A DNA stretch of 64,000 nt from the NCBI GenBank assembly GCA_040387635.1, contig JAZKDJ010000001.1, positions 311,453 through 375,452 on the forward strand, read 5' to 3'. Below the pieces are notes generated by a model. That model did no database searches, was not told where the DNA came from, and was given only the letters and a program-made list of their open reading frames with translations. Positions within the stretch are counted from its first letter, which is position 1, and each line of letters begins with the position of its first letter. Both the position numbers and the translations under genes were made by a program. The stretch is from Patescibacteria group bacterium. GTDB lineage: Bacteria > Patescibacteriota > Minisyncoccia > Phycocordibacterales > PALSA-1337. This document shows positions 48,351-58,002 of the stretch, piece by piece.

Positions 48351-50495
48351 TTATTTCCTTGCGTCCACAATCTCCTTCTCAATGTTTGGTGGAACCACTT
48401 CGTAGTGATCGAATTCCATCGTAGATGATCCCTGACCTGACGTCATAGATCGAAGCTGTGTTGTATAACCGAACATTTCTGAGAGAGGAACCTTAGCATG
48501 GAGCACTTTCGCCTGGCCTCGCTCTGTCATTTCTTCAATCTGGCCTCGCTTTGATGAGATTGAACCTGTAACATCACCCATGAATTTCTCTGGGAAAAGC
48601 ACCTCAATCTTCATAATAGGCTCAAGAATAACGGGTCTTGCCTTCTTTGCACCTTCCTGGAATGCCTGAGAAGCAGCAATCTTATAGGCGATTTCTGATG
48701 AGTCCACATCGTGGTAAGAACCGAATGTGAGTTCACATGAGACGTTTACCATCTTGTAACCAGCCACAATTCCTCGATCCATGGCTTCATAGACACCCTT
48801 TTCAACAGCTGGGATGAATTCGTTTGGAATAACACCTCCCTTAATAGAGTTGATGAACTCGAAATCATCGTATCGAGACACGTTTTTAGGCACTTTTTCG
48901 CCTTCAACAAGCGGTTTGAGGGGTCGGAGGGTGATTTTGACGTGACCGTACTGACCCTTACCTCCAGTCTGCTTGATATATTTGTGTTCTGCCTCAGCTT
49001 CACCGAGAATAGTCTCTCGATATGCTACCTGTGGCTTACCTACGTTAGCTTCTACGCCGAATTCTCGCTTCATTCGGTCAACCATGATCTCAAGATGGAG
49101 CTCACCCATACCAGCAATGAGAGTTTCACCTGTATCTGGGTTTGATGAAATCTTGAATGTAGGGTCTTCGCTGCCCAATTTTCGAAGCGCCATACCCATC
49201 TTTTCCTGATCCGCCTTTGTTTTTGGCTCTATTCTTAGAGAAACCACTGGATCAACGAATTTGATAACCTCGAGAAGCACTGGATGGTTCTCGTCTGAGA
49301 ATGTATGAGATGTAAGTGCATCCTTGATACCTACAGCTGCAGCGATTTCTCCTGCAAACACCTTCTTCACTTCTTCTCGCTTGTCTGCCTGAAGTCGCAC
49401 AATACGGCCCAAACGCTCCTTCTTTCCGGTAGTTGCGTTGTAAATATAGGTTCCTGACTCAATAGTTCCTGAGTAAACTCGGAAGAATGTCAGCTGTCCT
49501 ACGAATGGATCGTTCTGGAGCTTGAAAGCTAGCGCTGTAAATGGCTCTTCATCAGAAGCGTGTCGCATAACCACTTCGCCTGTATTAACGTCTGTGGCTT
49601 TGACTGGAGGGATATCGAGTGGAGATGGCAAATAGTCCACAACAGCATCGAGAACGAGCTGTACACCCACGTTTTTGAGGGCTGAACCGGTAAATACTGG
49701 GAAGACCTTGTTAGCAATAACAGCTTTTCGGATAACCTTCTTAAGATCAGGCTCAGAAATCTCTTTTCCGTCCAAATACTGCTGCATTGTGACGTCATCA
49801 TGCTCAACAACCTTCTCAACAAGCTCTGCTCGGTATTTCTTGGCGTCAGCAACGAGGTTTTCAGGGATTTCCTTCTCAATAATATTGATACCCTTCTCTC
49901 CTTCGAAGTAATAAGCCTTCATTTTGATGAGATCCACAACTCCGTTGTGTTCTCCTTCTAGACCAATAGGAAGCTGGAATCTAACGGCATTTTTGTTGAG
50001 TCTTTCGAGAATTGAGGCATAAGAACGCTCAAATGAGGCGCCCATTCGGTCCATTTTGTTGATGAAGCATAGTCGGGGCACGTTGCTTTCATCGGCATAT
50101 CTCCAGTTTGTCTCAGATTGTGGCTCTACTCCGGCAACTCCGTCGAAAACCACTACTGCACCGTCCAAAACACGCAAAGATCGCTTTACTTCTACAGTAA
50201 AGTCGATGTGACCAGGAGTGTCGATAACGTTGAATCGCACTCTCTTAGAAACATCCTCCTTTGGCATATAGGTAGGATTCCAGAAACACGTGATAGCAGC
50301 TGCTGTAATCGTGATTCCTCGCTCTCGTTCCTGTTCCATCCAGTCGGTTGTAGTTTCACCGTCGTGAACCTCTCCGATCTTGTGGATCATACCGGTATAG
50401 TAAAGAATTCGCTCGGATGTTGTTGTTTTTCCGGCATCGATGTGAGCGATGATACCGAAGTTACGAACTCTCTCCAATGGATAATCTCTATTCAT
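48351..50495 (-). CDS. fusA: elongation factor G
   Basis: AHIDAGKTT and DTPGHIDF G-motifs; length 714 aa. Confidence 0.95.
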   Translation of the reverse strand: MNRDYPLERVRNFGIIAHIDAGKTTTSERILYYTGMIHKIGEVHDGETTTDWMEQERERGITITAAAITCFWNPTYMPKEDVSKRVRFNVIDTPGHIDFTVEVKRSLRVLDGAVVVFDGVAGVEPQSETNWRYADESNVPRLCFINKMDRMGASFERSYASILERLNKNAVRFQLPIGLEGEHNGVVDLIKMKAYYFEGEKGINIIEKEIPENLVADAKKYRAELVEKVVEHDDVTMQQYLDGKEISEPDLKKVIRKAVIANKVFPVFTGSALKNVGVQLVLDAVVDYLPSPLDIPPVKATDVNTGEVVMRHASDEEPFTALAFKLQNDPFVGQLTFFRVYSGTIESGTYIYNATTGKKERLGRIVRLQADKREEVKKVFAGEIAAAVGIKDALTSHTFSDENHPVLLEVIKFVDPVVSLRIEPKTKADQEKMGMALRKLGSEDPTFKISSNPDTGETLIAGMGELHLEIMVDRMKREFGVEANVGKPQVAYRETILGEAEAEHKYIKQTGGKGQYGHVKITLRPLKPLVEGEKVPKNVSRYDDFEFINSIKGGVIPNEFIPAVEKGVYEAMDRGIVAGYKMVNVSCELTFGSYHDVDSSEIAYKIAASQAFQEGAKKARPVILEPIMKIEVLFPEKFMGDVTGSISSKRGQIEEMTERGQAKVLHAKVPLSEMFGYTTQLRSMTSGQGSSTMEFDHYEVVPPNIEKEIVDARK

Positions 50496-50662
50496 ATATC
50501 TATTTAATGTTGGGTTTGCCTTCCCTAGCCCCGAATGTTGCCAAAGTTAGCGCTAAAAATAAAACAAAGCTTTCGCTTTAAAGTACCTGTTAGAGTACAG
50601 CATTTCATCTGAAAATGCAAAGATTAAAAGAAAAAGCCTCGAGTTTCCTCGAGGCTTCCTGT

Positions 50663-52009
50663 TTAAACTTCTTCTCCGCGTGCTTGAGCGTCGATCTTAT
50701 CGAAAAGTCGCTGCTTATAAGCCGGCAGAATATTGAACATAAGGAACTCCGCAAGCGTGCGAATGGCGGGATCCCAACCTTTGAGAACGCGATCCGGCTT
50801 ATGGAGACGAGCCGTAGCTCCCCGTCCATGTCTCAAATCCAAAAGGAGACTTTGGCCGCGCGTAATTTTGAGTTGAGCAACAACATTTACTCCCATTCGC
50901 GCGTAATACGCGCCCCAGTCACGATTGTCCTCTTTCCATTTGTCATGGCGAGTAATAATAATGCCAAAGTCACCGCGAGGTACAATCAGTTCAGTGAACT
51001 CCGTGAGCTTTCCAGGCAAATCGGAGACAACCAACGTGTTGCGCTGAACAGCTTCCACGAGATTAGTTGCTGCATGCAAAGCAAGCGAAGCATTCCACTC
51101 TCGTTTGCGAGCATCCAAGACATCTTCGTGCTGTCCCTCACCATGAAGGACTGCATCGGAAACTTGAGTAGCAACATCGAGTGGAACCAGTTCAGATTTC
51201 AAATTGAAACCTTTCCATGTTCCCCCTCTCGACGTAAGCGATTCGATTGTGTTTCTGAATTCATCAACCATCGCAGCAGCCAATGTACTCTTGCCGACTC
51301 CTGCACAACCTCCCACAAGCAACGTGCTGGAATCTCCCAAGAGTTCGAAAGCATTTCCCTCATTAAGTCGCTGAGTCGTTTGATCAGTGACAATGCGACG
51401 CTCGGCCTCATCAGCAAGCATTTCGTCATGCTTGCTGATTGGCATGGATACCACTCGGGTACCCAACTCTCGCGGAGCTAAGAAAAAATCTTCCTCCTCA
51501 CTCGCACGACGATTCTGGTACGTTTCTATCTCGCTAGTAATTACAGAACTCTCGGCCAAGCCATCCAGCTTAACCACGTCGTCCATCGTCGTACATAGAT
51601 GCTCAAGTGCTTTCGATGGATCATCGTAATAAGACAATCGTCCAAGATACTGAAGCCATAGACTCCACGCATGCTGTCGTTTCCTGCCGTAGAAGAGAAA
51701 GAAATTTTTCATCTTCCTCGCAATGGCTGGCTGACACGCCTGAAATTTTTGGAAAATAACTGCGTCAATCAGTATTTCCAAATCTCTCGAACTCACATTC
51801 AAATCGATTACAACACCGATATCAGCAAAAGGCTGAACACCCGTTTGTAACCAAGATCGCATGTTCAAGGTAGTCCACTTTGGGAAATGACACTGTGCCA
51901 AAAGCTCAGCATTTCCCGAACGAATGAGAACCCAATAAGCAAAGGCTGCCATGGGCGAAAGCGGACGTGGTATGAGCACAATCCGCCAAGGTTGCGGAAT
52001 AATGTTCAT
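50663..52009 (-). CDS. hypothetical two-domain protein: ~230-aa N-terminal domain of unknown function plus a C-terminal P-loop (kinase-like) NTPase domain; GC-richer insertion between rpsG and fusA
   Basis: Walker A LLVGGCAGVGKSTLA. Arg/Trp-rich composition. Confidence 0.6.
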   Translation of the reverse strand: MNIIPQPWRIVLIPRPLSPMAAFAYWVLIRSGNAELLAQCHFPKWTTLNMRSWLQTGVQPFADIGVVIDLNVSSRDLEILIDAVIFQKFQACQPAIARKMKNFFLFYGRKRQHAWSLWLQYLGRLSYYDDPSKALEHLCTTMDDVVKLDGLAESSVITSEIETYQNRRASEEEDFFLAPRELGTRVVSMPISKHDEMLADEAERRIVTDQTTQRLNEGNAFELLGDSSTLLVGGCAGVGKSTLAAAMVDEFRNTIESLTSRGGTWKGFNLKSELVPLDVATQVSDAVLHGEGQHEDVLDARKREWNASLALHAATNLVEAVQRNTLVVSDLPGKLTEFTELIVPRGDFGIIITRHDKWKEDNRDWGAYYARMGVNVVAQLKITRGQSLLLDLRHGRGATARLHKPDRVLKGWDPAIRTLAEFLMFNILPAYKQRLFDKIDAQARGEEV

Positions 52010-52180
52010 AACGTTTTTAAATGACCTTTTCTAATTCAACACTCTCACAAAGAAATTGCCATGTCAAAATAGCAAAACACTCTCTGAAGAAAACCTTGCG
52101 CAGGAGCTGGGCTCCGAGCAGAGCATGCTTCTAGCGAGAAGCAATGCGTGTTTTCTAAAGAGAGTGTTTTGTTATTTGTA

Positions 52181-52651
52181 TTACCAAGCAAAGTGAGCGA
52201 ACGCCTTGTTGGCTTCTGCCATCTTGTGAGTGTTCTCTCGCTTCTTCACTGCTTCACCTTCGTTCTTTGAAGCTGCAATGATTTCTTCCGCGAGCTTCTC
52301 ATGCATTGGCTTTCCTTTCTTTGATCGAGCCGCTTCGATGATCCACTTCATCGAGAGAGCCTGTCGTCGTTCTGGTCGAACTTCTCGAGGCACCTGATAG
52401 TTAGCTCCACCAACTCGTCGTGATCGTACTTCCATCTGAGGAGCTGTGTTTCGGAGAGCTGTCTCAAATAGTTCCATCGGATCAGTTACCTTTCCTTTCT
52501 CCTTGAGAGATTCCATACACGCGTACACGATCTTTCGAGCTGCGTTCTTCTTGCCGCTCTCCATCACGTAGTTCATGAGCTTTGAAACTTTCTCTGAGGT
52601 ATAAATCGGATCAGCTATAAGCACTCGTCGATCTTTAATTTTTCTTCGCAT
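52181..52651 (-). CDS. rpsG: 30S ribosomal protein S7
   Basis: Sequence and position. Confidence 0.9.
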   Translation of the reverse strand: MRRKIKDRRVLIADPIYTSEKVSKLMNYVMESGKKNAARKIVYACMESLKEKGKVTDPMELFETALRNTAPQMEVRSRRVGGANYQVPREVRPERRQALSMKWIIEAARSKKGKPMHEKLAEEIIAASKNEGEAVKKRENTHKMAEANKAFAHFAW

Positions 52652-52680
52652 AATAGTTTGTTCTTAAGATTTCTTAATGC

Positions 52681-53097
52681 TTATTTAGCTGCCTTCGGTC
52701 GCTTGTTTCCGTACTGGCTTCGACCCTTTCGTCGTTTCTCTACTCCTGCGCAGTCGAGCACTCCTCGAACTACTGAATATCGGAGACCTACGTCCTTAAC
52801 TCGTCCTCCTCGTAGGAGAACCACTGAGTGTTCCTGAAGGTTATGTCCCTCACCTGGAATGTAGGCTGTAACTTCCATTCCGTTTGAAAGTCGAACTCGG
52901 GCAATCTTTCGGATAGCTGAGTTAGGCTTCTTAGGAGTCTTAGTCGTAACCTTAACGCATACTCCTCTCTTGAATGGAGATGGAAGAATTCGTGGTCGGT
53001 TCTTAATTGTGTTGAAGCTTCGCGTAAGCGCAACGGATTTTGACTTCCGTGTGAATCGCGTGCGGCTTCGTCGCACTAGTTGATTGATTGTTGGCAT
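52681..53097 (-). CDS. rpsL: 30S ribosomal protein S12
   Basis: MPTINQLVR...PKKPNSA. Confidence 0.95.
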   Translation of the reverse strand: MPTINQLVRRSRTRFTRKSKSVALTRSFNTIKNRPRILPSPFKRGVCVKVTTKTPKKPNSAIRKIARVRLSNGMEVTAYIPGEGHNLQEHSVVLLRGGRVKDVGLRYSVVRGVLDCAGVEKRRKGRSQYGNKRPKAAK

Positions 53098-53297
53098 ATT
53101 GTGCTACCGGTCTCCTCGTATCTTCACCTTTCACGACCGCCATCTATAGAGATGATGAGCGTTATCTTTGAAAGATTACTGAGTAACCCGGCACTCGTAT
53201 AATTACTTACTAATATGCTTTGTATACGTTGTATATAAAGCGTTCCAGTACTTTACTATATATAGAGGGAAATGCAAGGAAATGGCCACATATGAAA

Positions 53298-53335
53298 AGA
53301 AAAAGACCCCGATCGCCTTTGCAATCGGGGCCCGC
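53298..53335 (-). terminator. rho-independent terminator (CCCCGAUUGC-AAAG-GCGAUCGGGG followed by UCUUUUUCUUUUC on the minus strand)
   Basis: 10-bp stem with one G-U pair, then a long U-tract. Confidence 0.8.
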
Positions 53336-53579
53336 GAACGAGGTGTAGAAGCGATGGAACCACCTACTGAACCATTCCATCGATCAAGCCAACCTGTTCA
53401 TTTACGCCGGTCCAGCAAACCCCCGGAAAACACGGGGTAACTCGCGCTGAAAACCGGCACCTGGCACTGTGGTAGCAGCTTATCTCCTACGAGATGCTTG
53501 GGGGCTAGACCCCTGGCTCGTCCACACCTACATATCATCATATATAGAATAAAAGTCAATAGTATTTAAGGTTTTAAAC
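53336..53579 (-). ncRNA. candidate structured non-coding RNA of unknown class (GC-rich, multiple hairpins, ends at the strong terminator)
   Basis: No ORF of 60 aa or more. GC content is visibly higher than the surroundings. Hairpins include ACCCCG-UGUUUUC-CGGGGGU, CAGC...GCUG and GCCGGU...ACCGGC. Lies between the M50 protease stop and the rpsL promoter region. Confidence 0.4.
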
Positions 53580-54191
53580 CTATATTCCTGTCAAAAAGCT
53601 GAAGACGATAGGAATAAGTGGCTCAACTAAGCGCCATAGCAAGAATATAGCAATGAGAGCAAATATAATGGCATATTGCTCCATAAACCTTCTTACCCCA
53701 AACATGCTCGCAGGTAAGATATTAAAAAGAATCTTGGAGCCATCAAGCGGTGGCATAGGAATAAGGTTAAAAATAGCCAAAAATAGGTTAATCCCAACAA
53801 TCTGAGCTGACAATGCGAGGAAATCTACCGGAACCTGTCCTGCCTGAGCCACGATTCCCCTGATTATAAGGCCAAAAATAACAGCAATAAGGATATTTGA
53901 AGCTGGACCAGCTGCCGCAATCAATAATTCCCCACTTCTCTTGTTTTTGAGATTATATGGGTTAAATTCAACAGGTTTCGCCCAACCAACTGGAATTCCC
54001 ATAAATCCAGTAATAACAGGCACTATAAATGAGCCAAACCACTCAAGATGCTTAAATGGATTGAGAGTTAGCCTTCCTTGGACCTTTGGAGTCGGATCAC
54101 CCAGAAGAACTGCCGCGTATCCATGAGAAAGCTCATGAATAACCACAGACATAATAAGAATTATGATTGAAAAGATAAAAGGTATTTCCAT
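53580..54191 (-). CDS. site-2 protease family (M50) zinc metalloprotease, small membrane form
   Basis: HELSH zinc motif inside a TM helix. Multi-pass membrane protein. Confidence 0.8.
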   Translation of the reverse strand: MEIPFIFSIIILIMSVVIHELSHGYAAVLLGDPTPKVQGRLTLNPFKHLEWFGSFIVPVITGFMGIPVGWAKPVEFNPYNLKNKRSGELLIAAAGPASNILIAVIFGLIIRGIVAQAGQVPVDFLALSAQIVGINLFLAIFNLIPMPPLDGSKILFNILPASMFGVRRFMEQYAIIFALIAIFLLWRLVEPLIPIVFSFLTGI

Positions 54192-54265
54192 ATGAGCTTA
54201 TATTGTAGCAAAAACTTGCGGAAAACTATATGTGTGATAGCATAATGTCCACTAACCAAAAAACT

Positions 54266-54508
54266 ATGTCAAAGGTCTGCGCAGTAACAAAAAGAAGTTC
54301 AATCCGAGCAGGAGGCTATTCAAACAGGACTCGTGCTACACAGTTTAACCCTACTGGAATGGTACGAAAGTACGCTAACCTCCAGAAGAAGCGAGTTTAC
54401 GTACCTGAACTCAAGAAGACTCTCGTACTTACCCTCTCAACACGAGCTATCAAGACTATGAACAAGCACGGAGTTTACAAGACCCTCAAGAAATCAGGAG
54501 TTCTGTAA
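54266..54508 (+). CDS. rpmB: 50S ribosomal protein L28 (start trimmed to MSKVCAVT)
   Basis: MSKVCAVTKRSSIRAGGYSNRTRATQFNP resembles the L28 N-terminus MSRVCQVTGKR... Confidence 0.75.
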   Translation: MSKVCAVTKRSSIRAGGYSNRTRATQFNPTGMVRKYANLQKKRVYVPELKKTLVLTLSTRAIKTMNKHGVYKTLKKSGVL

Positions 54509-54526
54509 TCCAGAGCTTAGCTCAAC

Positions 54527-54566
54527 AAAAAAACCGTCAGACAAAATGTCCGGCGGTTTTTTTGTA
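54527..54566 (+). terminator. rho-independent terminator
   Basis: AAAAAAACCGTCAGACA-AAA-TGTCCGGCGGTTTTTTTG. Confidence 0.7.
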
Positions 54567-54634
54567 TTCTTCCTTAGTACTTTTACTTTTTGTAACTGAA
54601 TGATAAGGTATGAATAGATTTCAATTTAAATTCC

Positions 54635-55090
54635 ATGGCAAACAAAGAAGCCAATGTAATCTTGGTGTTCAGAAAGATGCCAGGCGGACGAGAATTCCTT
54701 TTTGGAAAAGGGTCACCGACGAAGAAAGTCGCTGCAAACAAAATCGTTCCGCCTGGAGGGAAACGCAAGAACGACGAAGAGCTCGTAATCGCAGCTCAAC
54801 GCGAACTTCGGCAGGAGACGAGCATTCGTGCTGATCCAAGCGAATTTCGCCATTACGGGTATTTCATCGGAAGCGCCGATGGCGTCGGATACAAAGTGGA
54901 TATTTTCATGGTTGAAGTACTCCCCACCGCTCAAGTAAGAGGATGTAAGGAAGTTAGCCAATGGTTTTGGTACCACGAGAAGAGCATCCCCTGGCACGAG
55001 ATGATGCCCGACGACAAGCACTGGCTTGAACCCATACTCCGCGGTGAAAAGAATCTCGAGATCAAACTGCCGTCGGCACTTCCGGAATAG
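54635..55090 (+). CDS. Nudix hydrolase family protein
   Basis: Nudix-box-like GGKRKNDEELVIAAQRELRQETSI. Confidence 0.6.
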   Translation: MANKEANVILVFRKMPGGREFLFGKGSPTKKVAANKIVPPGGKRKNDEELVIAAQRELRQETSIRADPSEFRHYGYFIGSADGVGYKVDIFMVEVLPTAQVRGCKEVSQWFWYHEKSIPWHEMMPDDKHWLEPILRGEKNLEIKLPSALPE

Positions 55091-55153
55091 TTCATTCTTA
55101 CAAAAACTCAGTTTCAATTCGCGACACAATCGGCCCTAAGCCGGTTGTTTCTT

Positions 55154-56005
55154 TTATGGAATTAGCCTAACCATTTTTTCTGCAATGTTTAGAAACTTTA
55201 TTCCAGCAATCGACGTATCAATCTCACTCGCCTCAGGCATAGCAATGGATTTTTTCACAATCTTTTTTGAATACACGATAGTATCTGGATTAAATACTGT
55301 AATAATTCCGTCATAGAAAAGTGAAGCGGCTCCAGTAGTGTGATGAATGATTGTTTTATATTTTTTGTCATTGAGTGTTTCCACGACAAACTTCTGAAGC
55401 CTTTTTGTTGATTTGCTTAAAAATAGAACTGAGGACTCGTTACATTCCAAACTAAAAACCTGGGACATTAGTTCTTTCTTTGAGGGTTCGTAGGTTCGTG
55501 TCGGGGCTAGCAGCTTGATTGATAGTCCGTGAGCGAAATGAAAATCAGCTGGAGCTTGAGCGTACAAGACAGGAACACCGTTTTCAAATGCCGTTTCTTG
55601 AAGCTCCTTCAGTTCTTTAGTGGAGGTAGCCTTTGACCACGATGGCAGCAAAAGCGTATACACCGGATACTTATTCATCAATTCTATAAGCCCAACAATC
55701 CTATTTGGCTCAATCGCTGTTAGTATCATGAGATCAATTGTCCTATCGAATACACTTAACTCACTGCCCACATTACGTAGTATTTCTGCAGTTCCACCAC
55801 CATCTGCCACAGCAACAAATCCCAAAGATGTAATGAGAGACGCGTGCCCTTTTGAGAGTTTGAAAGCAGCCACTTCACACGGCCGTGCCATATAATCTCT
55901 ATATAAGGTAATATATAAGAATGTCAGGATGATAAGCGCAGAGCTTACGATATAGAAGGACTTCGTTACTTTCCAAGATGATTTCGTAAGGAATTTCATA
56001 GACAA
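55154..56005 (-). CDS. membrane-anchored protein resembling the C-terminal MBL-like domain of ComEC, with degenerate metal-binding motif
   Basis: N-terminal TM. AAFKLSKGHASLITSLGFVAVADGGG and IDLMILTAIEPNRIVGL match the ComEC C-domain layout, but the HxHxDH motif is lost. Confidence 0.45.
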   Translation of the reverse strand: MSMKFLTKSSWKVTKSFYIVSSALIILTFLYITLYRDYMARPCEVAAFKLSKGHASLITSLGFVAVADGGGTAEILRNVGSELSVFDRTIDLMILTAIEPNRIVGLIELMNKYPVYTLLLPSWSKATSTKELKELQETAFENGVPVLYAQAPADFHFAHGLSIKLLAPTRTYEPSKKELMSQVFSLECNESSVLFLSKSTKRLQKFVVETLNDKKYKTIIHHTTGAASLFYDGIITVFNPDTIVYSKKIVKKSIAMPEASEIDTSIAGIKFLNIAEKMVRLIP

Positions 56006-56052
56006 AGTTTACTGTAGACATACTTAAGAAAATTTAAATAAATAATAAAATT

Positions 56053-56649
56053 ATGAAAAAATTTGAAGAGAAAAAGTTCACCGTCCCAGAACTCAAGGGC
56101 ATATCTAAGAAAACCATCGAGGAGCATCTCAAGCTTTACTCAGGATACGTTAAGCACAGCAATCTAATCCTTGAAAAAATCGAGGAACTAGCACAGGACA
56201 GCGAGAAGAACGCGTATGCATTAGGAGAAGTTAACCGACGTTTCGGATTTGAATTCAATGGTATGAGAAACCACGAAGTCTACTTCCAAAGCTTCGAAGG
56301 AGGATCTCAGAACATCCCTGACTCAGGCACTCTCAAAGAAGCCATCGCTGCCGAATGGGGATCTTTCGAAGGATGGCTCGCTCGATTCAAAGCTATCGCC
56401 CTCACCCGTGGAATCGGATGGGCTATGCTTTACTACGACAGAAAGGACGGCCGACTCCTCAATGCATGGATCGACGAACAGCATTTGGGACAACTTCAGG
56501 ATTGCGCGCTTATACTAGGGCTCGATATGTGGGAGCACTCATTTGTAGCCGACTACCAACCTTCCGGCAAAAAACAGTACGTAGAAGATTACTTCTCCAA
56601 CGTTAACTGGGATGTAGTTGAGAAAAACTTCCTCGAAGCAAGAAAATAG
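56053..56649 (+). CDS. sodA: Fe/Mn superoxide dismutase
   Basis: EEHLKLYSGYVKHSN and DMWEHSFVADY signature regions. Confidence 0.85.
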   Translation: MKKFEEKKFTVPELKGISKKTIEEHLKLYSGYVKHSNLILEKIEELAQDSEKNAYALGEVNRRFGFEFNGMRNHEVYFQSFEGGSQNIPDSGTLKEAIAAEWGSFEGWLARFKAIALTRGIGWAMLYYDRKDGRLLNAWIDEQHLGQLQDCALILGLDMWEHSFVADYQPSGKKQYVEDYFSNVNWDVVEKNFLEARK

Positions 56650-57920
56650 ACTGCAAAGATAATTACATAAGAAACTATCACAGCGATAGTCGAGAAACGC
56701 GGCACTGAAAGTGTCGCGTATTTCGATGACGAGATAATATCGACCACCTTGAAAATATAGGCAAGAAAGACATGCGTAACAAATGTCATGGTACTTGTAA
56801 GAACTGTAGTAATCGAAAAGATCGGCAACAGCGACGATAGTCCCAAAAGAGTAACCGCAAGCATAGTAAAAGGTATGACTGGGGTAACTACAATATTTGC
56901 GAATATCCCGAGTATAGATATCTCCCCCATCATATAGAGTATGTATGGCGTTACCAAAACCTGAGCAGCTAGAGTCGAGGATACAATACTACGAAGTCCT
57001 TCAAGTGGAACCCACTTACACAGCGACGTGAACATATCCGAAAAAAGAATCAGTCCAAGTGTTGCTAGAAACGAAAGATGGAATGATGGATCATAAGGAA
57101 GTGTTAATGGATTCCAAACAACCATAATCAAAGCAGCAAGAAAAAGTGCACGAAGGACACTGTAGTTGGAATAACTTATTTCAGCATAGAGAGCGATCAC
57201 TGCCATGACCGAAGCTCGAATGATCGTCGTCGATGCGCCTGTCATAATCGCAAACGCAGTGATACCAAGAATGCCCGCAACGAATCGTGCGTGACGCGGA
57301 AGAAATTTGAGACAACCCAAAAGAATCGATACGACGATACTCACGTTGTATCCGGAAAGGACGACAGCATGAATGAGACCTGCTCTACGAAACGCCTCGC
57401 TCCATTCTTTGCCGAGCGAACTTTTTCCTCCCACCACCAAACCAACAGCGAGTGATGAGTACGGTTCATTGAGATAATTCTGCACGGACGCAATGAACCA
57501 TTTTTTAATGGAGACAAGACTTCTCACCCATGACGAAGATGCATGAGCTTGAGAAATAATCTCTCGCACATTCATCTGATATGCTATGTGATCTTTTGCA
57601 AGAAAATTAATGTAGTCGAACTCCTTGCCATTATCTGAGAAAAAGTTGCGAGGCTGACGCAGCGCTCCTCTCACCACAAGTTCATCCCCGATAAAATATT
57701 CACCTCGACGTGGGAGCTTCAGAAGCAGTCCTCCATAGGTGTCTGAGTAGGAAGCGACCTGAGCCCAACCATCTCGAAGATCGACATCATCAGTAAGTCT
57801 GACTGTGACCTCAACCTCAGACGAAAGCTTCGGAAGAGTTGAAGTCTGATGTTCGTGAATAGCAAAACCGATCCTACAAATACACAGCAGGAGTACAACT
57901 GCAAAAATATATCTTTGCAC
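56589..57920 (-). CDS. comEC: DNA internalisation competence protein ComEC/Rec2 core (DUF4131 plus competence domain), lacking the MBL domain
   Basis: GLIHAVVLSGYNVSIV competence motif and multiple TM helices. Confidence 0.75.
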   Translation of the reverse strand: MQRYIFAVVLLLCICRIGFAIHEHQTSTLPKLSSEVEVTVRLTDDVDLRDGWAQVASYSDTYGGLLLKLPRRGEYFIGDELVVRGALRQPRNFFSDNGKEFDYINFLAKDHIAYQMNVREIISQAHASSSWVRSLVSIKKWFIASVQNYLNEPYSSLAVGLVVGGKSSLGKEWSEAFRRAGLIHAVVLSGYNVSIVVSILLGCLKFLPRHARFVAGILGITAFAIMTGASTTIIRASVMAVIALYAEISYSNYSVLRALFLAALIMVVWNPLTLPYDPSFHLSFLATLGLILFSDMFTSLCKWVPLEGLRSIVSSTLAAQVLVTPYILYMMGEISILGIFANIVVTPVIPFTMLAVTLLGLSSLLPIFSITTVLTSTMTFVTHVFLAYIFKVVDIISSSKYATLSVPRFSTIAVIVSYVIIFAVYFLASRKFFSTTSQLTLEK

Positions 57921-58002
57921 CTATTAAGTTTACTTATGCGAGATAAAATAATTCTAAAGAAAAAATAAAATATTTATGAATTTTTTCTAAAATCTTTTTT
58001 GC

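Noticed and set aside
53336-53579. Assignment of the GC-rich element to RNase P RNA or SRP RNA.
   Set aside because: I could not find the P4 pseudoknot strands (AGGAAAGUCCGGGCU / ACAGAAnCCGGCUUA) or a convincing SRP domain IV (GGAA…GGAAGCAGC). I keep it only as an unclassified ncRNA candidate.
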